A stretch of 64,000 nt of DNA from a virus. Each line of letters starts with the position of its first letter. The stretch's first letter is position 1. Both the position numbers and the translations under genes were made by a program. This document shows positions 46,279-56,818 of this stretch, piece after piece. The DNA is taken from IMG/VR virus record IMGVR_UViG_3300048590_000661, positions 1 through 64,000 of that record; one strand, written 5' to 3'. The notes under the pieces are model-generated. The model saw nothing but the letters and a program-made list of their open reading frames with translations. It searched no databases and had not been told where the DNA came from.

Positions 46279-49035
46279 TTGCACAGAAATACATTAACTA
46301 AGCACAGACGACCCATAGATATACCAAATGGGTATATTCTTAACGAAAAAAAGAGTTATATATCGTATATTATTCCTGAAGATGGTGTAAATTTATTTTA
46401 CCCTAGTTCGGTTGGGTGGCAGTTTATTGGCACTAGTAATGGTGTACAACCATCCTATGATGACCCAATTTTTAATTTAAATCATTATAGAGTGACACCT
46501 ACCGCTAACCAAGAAATGTATACGGAAATGGGTGAAGAGTTAGAGCAAGGTAAAATATATACATTTTCTTTTTGGGCAAAACGTTTATCAACTGAAAATA
46601 CTATTGAAGCATATATAGGTAGTTATAACTCATTAGGCACACCATTAGGGTTTGGCACACCTTTTGGTGTTCGGTCATTTGAAGTTGATGAGTTTTGGAA
46701 TGCATATGAATTTCAATTTTATACTAGGCAAGTAGACCCAGCAGCTAGATACTTTTTTGTATTTAGATATCCTAATGGTGGTGAATTTTATTTAGATGGG
46801 TTCCAATTAGAACAAAAAGAATATAGAACTACCTATATTAATGGCGAATTAGGGCGCATTACCGGACAAGATTACTATGGTTGGGCGGGTGAGCCATATA
46901 ATAGCCCTAGTATTAGGAATGCTCATATTTCGGGTGGGCGCATTATGAATTTTGCCGATATTGGGTTTGATTTAATTAGCATGGAAGGGTTTGGGTTGCC
47001 AGATTTTAACCATAATATTATAGAGTTACCCGTTAACCCTATAGGACTTTATCAAGGCAGTACACCAGAGCAACGTGATATCACATTAGACTTTGTGTAT
47101 TATGCTACTGATATTGAAGATATGTTAACGGCTAGGCATAAGTTAATACGTCAATTAAAATCAGGTTTATTACATATCTATATTCAACTATTTAATTGTG
47201 AAACGCCAATAACAACAATTTACGAAACTACTTTATTGTATGATGGTGGAGCAGAACTAAATCTAGAAAGTTTATATGGTGAAAAAATAAGCCTAGACTT
47301 TACCACATTTGACCCATATTTATACAGAATAGGCGTTAATAGTAATATTCTTATTCCTACAAAATCTGGTAATGCTCAATTATTAGCCAATGCAAATGGT
47401 AATTGGACATCAATACCAACTGTATCAACTATTACAAATGACTGGATTAAAGCGCTTATTGGTCCAGATAAAAATTTATATTTACTAAAAAATGCTCCTG
47501 GTAATGGTGGTGGGTTCTTATTTAAATATAATGGAACTAATTGGACGGTATTATTGCGGTCTGGTAAAGCTGGGCAAATATTCACTGACATGGTTTTAGC
47601 GCCCGATAATGAAATATTTATTGTAGGTGATTTTGATATTATTGTGAGAGGTATTAATGGTGTAGTTGGCGTTAATGGATCTAATGTAAACTTTATTAAA
47701 TTTAATATCTTTAACCAATTAGTATTACCTGTAGCTGATGGTATGAGCATGGCATCTGGCAATTCTATTATTCATACTATTGTACCAATGGCTAATAATA
47801 AATTTTTTATTGGTGGTAAATTTAGCCAAATACAACCATATACTGATGTAGCACGAAAAATTGTTACAAATCATATGGCATTTTATAATAACAATAATAA
47901 TAGATTTGAAGTAATTACGCCTACTGGTATTACAGACGTTAATGGACAAGTTTTTGCAGCTATGCAGTATGAGGATACATTATATGTAGGTGGGTCATTT
48001 ACAGATAGTGCATTTAGTGCAAGTAACCTAATGAATATTAATAACATTAGTTCTAGTTCTGCAAATAATAGATCGAAATTGCCTGTTGGGAACCCTATTG
48101 GCACAATTTATGTCATTACTAAAACAAGGTATGGTGATATATATATTGGTGGGCAATTTACTGGGCCAAATATTGTTGGTGGGGCTTTTGAGGCAGATGA
48201 GTATATAAATGGCAATCTAGTTGTTAGTTTGGCTAGGGTTAACCATAATAGCCGTACACTTGATGGTATTGTTGGTGGCACAGTACTTAATTTTTCTAGT
48301 GCTACTAATGTGGCTGGTATTATATATGATATGGAAGTTGATGCTAATGACAAGTTATGGATAGTTGGGAATTTTGATTATTATGGAGATTTATTTCTTA
48401 ACGGGTTTAATGACCCTATAGATAATTTATTTGTCAATTTAAAACTAAGCACTAACTTTACAAAAAATACATCTTCTATTGCAACATATGATACAATACA
48501 AAAGAAGTGGCTAGCACCAGAAGTTATATTTGATGATAATAGAATAATTTATGATATACTATTAGCCAATAATGAGCAATACTCATCGAATATAGGTATA
48601 GAAGTTTTATTGGCTACTATTGGTGGTAATTATAAATCAATAAGAGAATTAACACTAGTAATAGATAATAATGCAGTAGCGGTTTATCCTGCCATATTGG
48701 TATTAGGCTCGTTTAACGGCGAATCTGTAGACCTATTAAATATTACGAATACGACGACAGGCAAACAACTATATTTTAATAAACTATTAGCTGGGTCGGA
48801 AGAATATTTAGTTGATTTACGTGGTATTCTTCCTAAAGTAACATCAAATTATTATGGAGTACAAAATGGACAGCTTTTATATGGGTCTAATGCAAAGCAA
48901 TTTTACCTTGTGCCTGGAACTAATAAATTAAAAATAGGCATAGACTTAAAAGATTTAACTACTAGTATAGATCCATTGACGGTATTTTTTATTTATCGAA
49001 ATAAATATCTTAGCATAGATAGTATGGTATCATAG
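46279..49035 (+). CDS. distal tail protein with CBM and beta-propeller insertions
   Basis: Follows TMP; YTFSFWAK..DGFQLEQ CBM, YVGGSFT repeats, C-terminal LVPGTNKLKI. Confidence 0.7.
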   Translation: MHRNTLTKHRRPIDIPNGYILNEKKSYISYIIPEDGVNLFYPSSVGWQFIGTSNGVQPSYDDPIFNLNHYRVTPTANQEMYTEMGEELEQGKIYTFSFWAKRLSTENTIEAYIGSYNSLGTPLGFGTPFGVRSFEVDEFWNAYEFQFYTRQVDPAARYFFVFRYPNGGEFYLDGFQLEQKEYRTTYINGELGRITGQDYYGWAGEPYNSPSIRNAHISGGRIMNFADIGFDLISMEGFGLPDFNHNIIELPVNPIGLYQGSTPEQRDITLDFVYYATDIEDMLTARHKLIRQLKSGLLHIYIQLFNCETPITTIYETTLLYDGGAELNLESLYGEKISLDFTTFDPYLYRIGVNSNILIPTKSGNAQLLANANGNWTSIPTVSTITNDWIKALIGPDKNLYLLKNAPGNGGGFLFKYNGTNWTVLLRSGKAGQIFTDMVLAPDNEIFIVGDFDIIVRGINGVVGVNGSNVNFIKFNIFNQLVLPVADGMSMASGNSIIHTIVPMANNKFFIGGKFSQIQPYTDVARKIVTNHMAFYNNNNNRFEVITPTGITDVNGQVFAAMQYEDTLYVGGSFTDSAFSASNLMNINNISSSSANNRSKLPVGNPIGTIYVITKTRYGDIYIGGQFTGPNIVGGAFEADEYINGNLVVSLARVNHNSRTLDGIVGGTVLNFSSATNVAGIIYDMEVDANDKLWIVGNFDYYGDLFLNGFNDPIDNLFVNLKLSTNFTKNTSSIATYDTIQKKWLAPEVIFDDNRIIYDILLANNEQYSSNIGIEVLLATIGGNYKSIRELTLVIDNNAVAVYPAILVLGSFNGESVDLLNITNTTTGKQLYFNKLLAGSEEYLVDLRGILPKVTSNYYGVQNGQLLYGSNAKQFYLVPGTNKLKIGIDLKDLTTSIDPLTVFFIYRNKYLSIDSMVS

Positions 49036-49038
49036 TAT

Positions 49039-50211
49039 ATGAATATTAATGATTATAGTATTAATTTTTTTTCACCAGAAGGATATAAAATATATACCTT
49101 TAATGCTATTTATGAATTAGAATTTGGGCGTAAAAAGAACGATATTGGTGCATTATCAATCCTAATTCCTAATTTGGAACTATATAATATTAATGATTTT
49201 AAAAGAAATTGCACAGCAGAAATATACCGTGATGGAATTATTATTCCTGTATTATGGTATTTAAAAAAAGTTACAATTACAGAAGATAGTATAGAGCTTG
49301 TATTTTTCGATCATTTAACTCTATTAACCCAAAGGTATGTAACTTGGTACGAAGTAGAGTTTTTTAATTACCCATCACATATGCGATTGCCTAGTGATGA
49401 GCTTATACATGAAGTCATTAGAACAAATTATATTGATGTTCTAGACAATTTAGGATTCTCAGTTGATGCACCAGAGCCTATTAGTGATATGAATACTGAT
49501 GCTAGAGTAATTGACTTTAAATTAGTAGAGCCATTAGGCGTAGGTACTGTTATTGAAGATAGCTTTGCATGGCGTAAAGTTAGTGAAGTAGTTAAAAATA
49601 TCACTGAAACTGCCGAAACAAATGGCGAAAATATATGGTATGATTTTATCTATACCCCTAATGGTGATGGATTCACAATTGGGAATTTATCTTTTAGAAT
49701 ATGGTATAATATTAGAGGTAATGACAGGCGTATTAATAAATCTAATAACCCAGTAGTTTTTTCACCAGAATTGGGTAATTTATCAAACTATTCATTAGAA
49801 TTGGATTATGAAAATTATTATAACCAAGTCTATGTAGTAGCCAAAGAACTACCAGAATTAGATGACGGTGTTAATCTTGTTCGTATTGTGCCGTACCCTC
49901 AAGAGTATGAGTACGAAGGGCAAGAGTTAATTGAGCATGTAGAAATCCTTAATGATGAGGAAATCAACGAAGAGATTATGGAAGCGAAAGCTAAAACATT
50001 ACTAGCACAAGGTAAGCCTATTTCACGTTTAACAGGGGATATTATTCAAACCGACGATTATCAATTTTTTAGAGATTATAATTTCGGTGACAAAGTATCT
50101 GCTTATTGGCAAAATTTATTTTTTGAAACAGAAATAACGACTTATAATGTAACTGTTAGTGATACAGAAGAAATTCGCATTCCATTTGAAAATATAATAG
50201 GTATTAATTAA
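49039..50211 (+). CDS. tail tip/baseplate hub (ReqiPepy6 Gp37-like)
   Basis: VVFSPELGNL...YQFFRDYNFGDKVS. Confidence 0.7.
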   Translation: MNINDYSINFFSPEGYKIYTFNAIYELEFGRKKNDIGALSILIPNLELYNINDFKRNCTAEIYRDGIIIPVLWYLKKVTITEDSIELVFFDHLTLLTQRYVTWYEVEFFNYPSHMRLPSDELIHEVIRTNYIDVLDNLGFSVDAPEPISDMNTDARVIDFKLVEPLGVGTVIEDSFAWRKVSEVVKNITETAETNGENIWYDFIYTPNGDGFTIGNLSFRIWYNIRGNDRRINKSNNPVVFSPELGNLSNYSLELDYENYYNQVYVVAKELPELDDGVNLVRIVPYPQEYEYEGQELIEHVEILNDEEINEEIMEAKAKTLLAQGKPISRLTGDIIQTDDYQFFRDYNFGDKVSAYWQNLFFETEITTYNVTVSDTEEIRIPFENIIGIN

Positions 50212-50213
50212 TA

Positions 50214-51383
50214 ATGGCGATTTCAATCAATTCTAATCAAATAACTAGTAGTATTAATGGGTTTGCTACATTTTTCGGGCTTAACCCGTTTTATTTTAAT
50301 TTTCTAGACCCTAGCTGTCTGTACCCTGTAACAGATATTTGTTTAGAATTTTGGTCACAAAATACCTATAATAGCACCAACGGGCTATCTATAGAACTAT
50401 TAAGCCAATTATTATATGAAGCAGAACTTGAAATTATGACATATTATGGCTTATCATTAGGCGCATGGATTGTTAATGAACGCCATAATTACCCAATAGA
50501 ATTGCGGCATGGGAATTATATTGTGCCTTATATTCATGATGTAGTTTTTAAAACAAAATATAAAATTGATTATTTTGGGCAGCGCAAATTCACACCAGTT
50601 GCCACAACTAATTTAACTTATGTAGATAATGATAGCGATACATATTCTGAAGCGGCAAGAATAACTTATACTATCCCTACAGGTAAATCTATTGAAGATA
50701 TTAAATTTTATTACCCTAACCATTTAGGCGAAAGTAATTATGAAATCAAAGATTATCGGCTTATTTCGCTTACGAATGATGTAGCAGTATTTGAATTTGA
50801 TGCGTGGAATTTGGTATCATTAAGTACGTTAACAAGTACAAAATTTAAAAATACTAAGGCACATAGCTTATGCAACCCTGCAATTTATCTTAGCACAATA
50901 GGGATTGGTTTTGAAGAAAAAGATAGTTGCTTACCTGATATAAAATTATTTTATAAAGAGGATGCATGTATTATTAACTGTGATTACGATAATGTTCCTG
51001 CATGTGGTATTAAAGTTTCAGACAACTTATTTAAACTAGCCTTGCAAAGTTATGATACTGAAACTGGGTGCGTAATTATTGATACTCCTACAGAAATTGA
51101 TTTATGTCAACGAATAGACTATATAGAAGTGAATTATCACACTAGCTCGGATAATAGTTATTTGCTGCAACATGCCATATACTATTTAGCAGCAAGTCGT
51201 TTTCCGTTACAAAATTGCCAATGTGACTGTATAAAAAATATATTTGGCACATTACAAAAAGATACTAGATTTAAAGAAAAAAATGCGGGCAATTACAATA
51301 CTTTTAACACTGACCAACGTAGCCCGTTTGGTACAAGAATAGGCGAATTAAAAGCTTACAACATTTTAGAAAATATTATCTAA
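50214..51383 (+). CDS. putative head-tail adaptor/neck protein, Cys-rich
   Basis: LYEAELEIMTYYG...LQHAIYYLAA...SPFGT pattern. Confidence 0.45.
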   Translation: MAISINSNQITSSINGFATFFGLNPFYFNFLDPSCLYPVTDICLEFWSQNTYNSTNGLSIELLSQLLYEAELEIMTYYGLSLGAWIVNERHNYPIELRHGNYIVPYIHDVVFKTKYKIDYFGQRKFTPVATTNLTYVDNDSDTYSEAARITYTIPTGKSIEDIKFYYPNHLGESNYEIKDYRLISLTNDVAVFEFDAWNLVSLSTLTSTKFKNTKAHSLCNPAIYLSTIGIGFEEKDSCLPDIKLFYKEDACIINCDYDNVPACGIKVSDNLFKLALQSYDTETGCVIIDTPTEIDLCQRIDYIEVNYHTSSDNSYLLQHAIYYLAASRFPLQNCQCDCIKNIFGTLQKDTRFKEKNAGNYNTFNTDQRSPFGTRIGELKAYNILENII

Positions 51384-51436
51384 AGTTTGCTATAATATTG
51401 TAAGGTCGTAAATATTAGCTACTTATAGGTGTTAAA

Positions 51437-51985
51437 ATGAGTGAAACCGAAAATAAAGAAGAAGTAAAGTTAGGTGGGATTTTGCCATCCATCTTTAATA
51501 GTGACAAAATCCCACGATGGTCATTAGGTGTCGCCGCTATCGTTATTGTATTAACGGTGTTATTTAATGGGCTAAATTTGGGCACCATTATTCAAAATAA
51601 ACTAGAAAATGATAACGCATTACAATTACAAATTATTAACCAGAGATATCAATCTGATTTACAAGCAATGAATACTTTGGTTAATCTTAATGAAGAATTG
51701 AATGACAGGCTACAAAACGTTTTAACTGCATACAATGAACAAGCAGTTACAAATAGCCAATTGAGCGATAGCAATTTAAAATTAAATCGTGAAGTAGATG
51801 CACTTAAAATTCAATTGAGTAGCAAGGACTTAGCTATCTCAGCTTTAGAACAGAGCAATAGAGAGCTTAATGATAAAGTATTATTATTAACATCTCAAAA
51901 TGAGGATTTACAGAAACAAATTGATACCCTTAATCGACGAATTGATACGTTATTCTCACAGATTCAGGAAGAACCACTACCATGA
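51437..51985 (+). CDS. membrane-anchored coiled-coil lysis-associated protein (holin/spanin-like)
   Basis: Single TM plus long coiled coil; ATGA overlap with the endolysin. Confidence 0.55.
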   Translation: MSETENKEEVKLGGILPSIFNSDKIPRWSLGVAAIVIVLTVLFNGLNLGTIIQNKLENDNALQLQIINQRYQSDLQAMNTLVNLNEELNDRLQNVLTAYNEQAVTNSQLSDSNLKLNREVDALKIQLSSKDLAISALEQSNRELNDKVLLLTSQNEDLQKQIDTLNRRIDTLFSQIQEEPLP

Positions 51986-54336
51986 TAGGTCCACATATTA
52001 TTAATGATAAGGCAAACTTAAGTTTATTACAAAAGTGGAACCCACCAGTTATTACTTTACTTGACCCTAATCCTGATTACTTGGTTAAAGTAAGAAATGC
52101 TGTGCCTGATGCTAAACTATTAGTTAGAATCTATATTCCTGACAATGAGGTCAGTGATGGAATTAAGACTAACCCAGTAGCATATGCTAAATATAGCCAT
52201 GACCTTACTATTCAAAAATATGGGCACGTTTTAACATCAATTGATTATGTTCAAATAGCTAATGAAGTATTACAACATAATGAAGAGTTAACACTACTAG
52301 CGAATTACGAATTAGAACGCATGAGATTAGCAGATGCATCTAAGCTATATAAGTGCGGTATTTTTGCCTTTTCTGTTGGCAATCCAGATGTGCCTAATTG
52401 GGAGCTTTATTTAAGTGGTGCACTAGAATATGCAGATAAGTATAATCATGTAGTCGTAGTGCATCAATATAGTAAACCACCAAGTATGTGGACACCTGGT
52501 CCTGATTGGCATATTCATAGGTTAGAACATAAAGTATTGCCATTATTGAGTAACTATACGTCATTGAAATATATCGTTGCAGAATATGGACTAGATGATT
52601 TACTTTATGGTAACGGCACAAAAGGCGGATATAAAAAGTTTATTTCGGCTGAAGAATACGCTAATCAACTTATTAATATAGGTTCATATATTTATCAATT
52701 TTCAGATAAGGTATTAGGGTATTGCATTTTCACGTTGGGAACTGGTAGTAGTGATTGGATTACATATGATATTAGTGGTGAAGTGGAAGGTATTTTAGCA
52801 GCATATTATGAGCAGAATAAAGTACTACCAAAATGGAGAAATAATACAACGATGACAAAATATAAAGTGCGAATAACCGCTAATGCTGGGTTAAACGTTA
52901 GGAGTAAACCAAATACTACTGCTCAAATAGTTGAAACTCTACTCAGTAATACAATTGTAGAAGTTACAGATTATAACAGTGAATGGCTAAAATATAATAG
53001 TGGTTATATTTTTAAAGCATATACAAGTTCTAATTTAACAGTGTCTACAAACGATAAATTAGCCGAGTACGCTAAAGCCAACGAGCTAGATAAATACTTA
53101 TTACAAGCTTTGACAAATATAGAGAGCGGAGCAAATGGGTTTCAAAATGGTAGATTACTAATTAGAGTTGAAGCACATTTGCTATTATCGGCTGCACCGG
53201 AACTTAGCCAATTTTTTAGTTACAACCCTAATAACCGATTTTTTGACCACTTTTTTAACGGGCAAAAATATCATGGCAACCAAGATAAAGAATGGCAAGC
53301 GTTTGATTTTGCTAGGCGCAAACATGCATTAGCTACCTATAATTCAACCAGTTATGGAAAATTTCAAATCTTAGGGTCTAATTATGCATCACTTGGGTTT
53401 AATTCTGCTGAAGATATGTTTAACTATTTATCCGCCAACGAAGATAACCACTACACGGTATTCTTTCGTTATTTAGAAAATTTTAATTTACTTCAACCAA
53501 TTCAAAATAAAGATTTTGTTGCAATCACAAGTATTTATAATGGTCCTGGTAATGTGGCACACTATTCTAAATTGTTAGAACAAGAATATAACCGTATTAA
53601 ACCTAAAGGCGATATAATAGAAGTGCCTGTAGAAATTCTAGAACCTATTATTATAGAGGATGAAAAGGAACCGGATGTGACAGAACAGCAATATAACGAA
53701 TTACTAGAACTAGTGATTAATAATTCTAATACCATTAATACTATTCTAGCAGTCATAAATAAGCTCAGTTTGCGCTTAGATAGTTTAGAAGCTTATATAC
53801 TATCAGAACCAGATAAAGAGCCTGTAGAGCCTGAGAAACCACCTATTAAACCTAGTAACGTAGACGTCGGCACTGGGCTAAAAGAGTTCTTTGATAAGGG
53901 TATTTTTAAAGTAAAACAAGGCAATGAATTTAAGTTAGTTGAAGTATTTTCTATTCAAGATGGAAGCTGGGATGTCTCTTCAAAAAGATTTTCAATAGAC
54001 CAACGCTTTAGAGATAAGTGGTTAAGACCAACTAATAGCCCTGAGTATATCGGAAGTGGCGATCACGCATTGAGTGTTTTAGTTGAAGATAAGGATGGTA
54101 ATCGACTTGAAAATGTTCCTATTACATTTAAATCAAATGGCGAACCGCCACTAATTGTTAATAGGGTTACAAAGCAAGGTAGCGGATATGAAAATCTAGA
54201 GCTTTATTCTGGACAGAATTTCAGTGAAACTAGTGGTGGTCCGTGGAGTGTTATTGTAGGTGATTTTGAATTTTCAGGTGGCGGAATGTATTCTAATCAT
54301 CACATTTCAACTATACTTATAATTCAAAAACAATAA
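51982..54336 (+). CDS. multidomain endolysin (glycoside hydrolase-like + SH3b + N-acetylmuramidase DUF3380-like + C-terminal beta domain)
   Basis: NE...HQY...AEYG (GH-A-like), GLNVRSKP (SH3b), IESGANGF..RVEAH..STSYGKFQILGSNY..YNGPG. Confidence 0.85.
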   Translation: MIGPHIINDKANLSLLQKWNPPVITLLDPNPDYLVKVRNAVPDAKLLVRIYIPDNEVSDGIKTNPVAYAKYSHDLTIQKYGHVLTSIDYVQIANEVLQHNEELTLLANYELERMRLADASKLYKCGIFAFSVGNPDVPNWELYLSGALEYADKYNHVVVVHQYSKPPSMWTPGPDWHIHRLEHKVLPLLSNYTSLKYIVAEYGLDDLLYGNGTKGGYKKFISAEEYANQLINIGSYIYQFSDKVLGYCIFTLGTGSSDWITYDISGEVEGILAAYYEQNKVLPKWRNNTTMTKYKVRITANAGLNVRSKPNTTAQIVETLLSNTIVEVTDYNSEWLKYNSGYIFKAYTSSNLTVSTNDKLAEYAKANELDKYLLQALTNIESGANGFQNGRLLIRVEAHLLLSAAPELSQFFSYNPNNRFFDHFFNGQKYHGNQDKEWQAFDFARRKHALATYNSTSYGKFQILGSNYASLGFNSAEDMFNYLSANEDNHYTVFFRYLENFNLLQPIQNKDFVAITSIYNGPGNVAHYSKLLEQEYNRIKPKGDIIEVPVEILEPIIIEDEKEPDVTEQQYNELLELVINNSNTINTILAVINKLSLRLDSLEAYILSEPDKEPVEPEKPPIKPSNVDVGTGLKEFFDKGIFKVKQGNEFKLVEVFSIQDGSWDVSSKRFSIDQRFRDKWLRPTNSPEYIGSGDHALSVLVEDKDGNRLENVPITFKSNGEPPLIVNRVTKQGSGYENLELYSGQNFSETSGGPWSVIVGDFEFSGGGMYSNHHISTILIIQKQ

Positions 54337-54340
54337 ATAT

Positions 54341-54385
54341 AAGCACTAGCGAATAATATACTAAATAAAGTATTCGCTAGTGCTT
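54341..54385. terminator. inverted repeat between convergent endolysin and HNH2
   Basis: AAGCACTAGCGAATA / TATTCGCTAGTGCTT, perfect 15 bp. Confidence 0.7.
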
Positions 54386-55338
54386 TCTATATAATAATGT
54401 TCAAAAGCTTGTATTAATGCGTCCCTGTATTTCCATTCTTCCCCCATCCAAGTTTCTAATTCATTAAGGGTATTAGTCTTTGTTCCGTAAGTAGAATGAA
54501 AATTTTTGTGACACGGTTCGCAAAGCGTAATCAAATTTGAATGTTCATCAAATAATTTTAAATAAGTAGTTAAATCATAAATGTGGTGAACTGCTTTGCG
54601 ATGCTTCTTAGTTCCACAATTTTGACATTGGACATTGTCACGTTGACGAATTAATTTAACAGGCACTCTATCTCTGTAGTCTTTTTTAGTTGCGTTATCT
54701 AGCTTCTCTGCTTTCCAACTAGTACTTTTGCTACCCGAATTACTTTTATTTACATCAATTCGTAAGCATCCACATGATTTTGTCGTATTGCGTGATAGTG
54801 AGTGCCCGCTAACAATGACCTTACTACCACAATCGCATTCGCAATTATATTTCCACCCCTCGTTTTTTGTAATTTCATATCTACTAACTACTAATAATCG
54901 CCCAAATTTTTGCCCTGTTAAATCATTAGAATGAGCGCACTTAACACAAGAATAACTTTTGTTTTTATTTGTTAAACTAGAAATCTCAACTTTGTATAAA
55001 TTATTACACTTTAAGCATTTGCACGAAAAATATCTGCGTGACTTACCATCTTTGCCTACTTTTTTATCTAACTCTTCTATTACTTCCCAATTTTTAAATA
55101 TATCCCCAGGATTAATAACTAATTGCTTAGCTAATCCGTTACATTTTTTGCAGCAAAAATCAACATTAGGATTAACTAAACTACTAAGATAAATTGTATA
55201 ATTAATGCCACATTTCAAACATTTACACAAAAATGACCTAGACTTAACTCCATTTTCTGCACCACGCTTATCTACTTCCTCAATTACTTCCCAACTCTTG
55301 AATATATCTCCAGGTTTAACATCCCATTTTTGGGCCAA
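54361..55338 (-). CDS. HNH homing endonuclease (HNH2) with duplicated N-terminal Zn module
   Basis: Two PGDIFKxWEVIEE..CKCLKC units, DLTGQKFGRL, RDNVQCQNC..AVHHI..NLITLCEPCH; TTG start with RBS AAGGAG. Confidence 0.9.
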   Translation of the reverse strand: MAQKWDVKPGDIFKSWEVIEEVDKRGAENGVKSRSFLCKCLKCGINYTIYLSSLVNPNVDFCCKKCNGLAKQLVINPGDIFKNWEVIEELDKKVGKDGKSRRYFSCKCLKCNNLYKVEISSLTNKNKSYSCVKCAHSNDLTGQKFGRLLVVSRYEITKNEGWKYNCECDCGSKVIVSGHSLSRNTTKSCGCLRIDVNKSNSGSKSTSWKAEKLDNATKKDYRDRVPVKLIRQRDNVQCQNCGTKKHRKAVHHIYDLTTYLKLFDEHSNLITLCEPCHKNFHSTYGTKTNTLNELETWMGEEWKYRDALIQAFEHYYIESTSEYFI

Positions 55339-55363
55339 TACTTAACTCCTTAATAGAAACCAT

Positions 55364-55399
55364 ATAGAGATAATATCTAGTTAAAGATATTATCTCTAT
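55364..55399 (+). terminator. hairpin upstream of HNH2 with a T-tail on the antisense (+) strand
   Basis: ATAGAGATAATATCT / AGATATTATCTCTAT followed by a T-run. Confidence 0.6.
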
Positions 55400-55493
55400 T
55401 TTTTATATCTAATTCTATCACCTCTACTAGCGGCTACACATGCACAATATACTATAATTGTAGCTATAAGTGGTGCTAGTAGGCATAGTAACA

Positions 55494-55853
55494 TTAGCTA
55501 ATATCTCTTTTGCTAACGTTAAAGTATGGATTTAGATATACATCGTCGGTCATTTTAAAACCTGCCGTTAGCATAGCAATAATAGCCTCACCATTATAAA
55601 TATATTCATCAAGTGATTTGGTTAGATGTTTAGCAATAACTTGGCTATTATGGTCACGATTAAAAGACTGAATTTTAGTGAATTTATTGGCGATAAAATT
55701 GGCGGCTTTAACTATTCGTGCCATAGATGTACTATCATAGAACTTTGCACGGTCTGCTTCCCATTCTTGTAAACTAGGGTAAAAACCATGTCCATTCATA
55801 GATACTTCTGGAAAGGTTTTAATTACTTCTTTGATGTCTGCTTCAGTATACAT
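55494..55853 (-). CDS. conserved phage hypothetical protein
   Basis: SQVIAKH...YIYNGEAIIAMLTAGF pattern; RBS AGGAG. Confidence 0.7.
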   Translation of the reverse strand: MYTEADIKEVIKTFPEVSMNGHGFYPSLQEWEADRAKFYDSTSMARIVKAANFIANKFTKIQSFNRDHNSQVIAKHLTKSLDEYIYNGEAIIAMLTAGFKMTDDVYLNPYFNVSKRDIS

Positions 55854-55932
55854 GATATAATTTTTCTCCTGCTAAATAAACAACGTTACCTAATAAATAA
55901 CCTATTATTAATATTAATAATATAGTACTCAT
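55843..55932 (-). CDS. 29-aa hydrophobic peptide
   Basis: Manual translation MSTILLILIIGYLLGNVVYLAGEKLYHVY*; fills the gap between two genes. Confidence 0.45.
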   Translation of the reverse strand: MSTILLILIIGYLLGNVVYLAGEKLYHVY

Positions 55933-55938
55933 AAACTA

Positions 55939-56271
55939 TTATTCCAATAATCTATCTACAAATTCACAATCAAGTACTAATGTATATTTAATAACTTCAT
56001 TCTCACCTGGCGAAACGTTTGTTATTTCTAGCCTATCTGTTTTGCAATTTAAAAACTCATAGACTATATCACCATTATTAACGACAAATAAGTTACTTCC
56101 ATCAATAAAATGTTGCACATAATCTATCATTTCTTTTGTAAATACAGATAGATATACCACAGCATCGCCATCAGAAAATATTGTGATTTTATCAATCTCT
56201 GCTTGCTCTAGCTCTATTTTATCGTGGAATACTTTATTAGCAATATTTTTATAATATAGCATATTCATCAC
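55939..56271 (-). CDS. hypothetical protein
   Basis: Coupled ORF. Confidence 0.6.
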   Translation of the reverse strand: MMNMLYYKNIANKVFHDKIELEQAEIDKITIFSDGDAVVYLSVFTKEMIDYVQHFIDGSNLFVVNNGDIVYEFLNCKTDRLEITNVSPGENEVIKYTLVLDCEFVDRLLE

Positions 56272-56818
56272 CTTTCAGAAAGTCATAGCCTAAGTCAATT
56301 AATAGTTGATATAATTCTTTACGAGTATTATTATGTAAAGATATTTTATTTAGGTTCTTTTGTAACCACTCTGTACTATCCCAATTACCTTGATATGTTC
56401 TATTAGCACCATGCCAATCTGCCACCATTTCTCTGATATACTTACTTGGCATTGCTAGGATGTATTTAGGTGAAATTACCCAATGTTCATGGTGGTGTGG
56501 GTTATGGATTACATGATGGTGCCAAGCATAACCAAACCCTAACTTAATTTCATCAGTTACATTCTCATAAGTAAATCGTTTAATATAATGTGGGAGTTCA
56601 TCATGATTTAATTTACTTAAGTCATGTATTGATAATAGATTTGGTATACCCCCAATTTTATTTCCAAATTCTATCACATATGACACATGCTGTATCAACC
56701 CATCAATATATTTACGAGTTAGATTATAGTCTATTTCAAACATATCTGTATAATATAAGACTGTTTCGTCTGTAATATCTAAAATAGGATTATTAACCAT
56801 TAATAACTTCACTTTCAT
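56249..56818 (-). CDS. HD-like protein (DUF5662-type), second copy
   Basis: HDLSK...AWHHHVIHNPHHHEHW...REMVADWHGA. Confidence 0.8.
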   Translation of the reverse strand: MKVKLLMVNNPILDITDETVLYYTDMFEIDYNLTRKYIDGLIQHVSYVIEFGNKIGGIPNLLSIHDLSKLNHDELPHYIKRFTYENVTDEIKLGFGYAWHHHVIHNPHHHEHWVISPKYILAMPSKYIREMVADWHGANRTYQGNWDSTEWLQKNLNKISLHNNTRKELYQLLIDLGYDFLKGDEYAIL

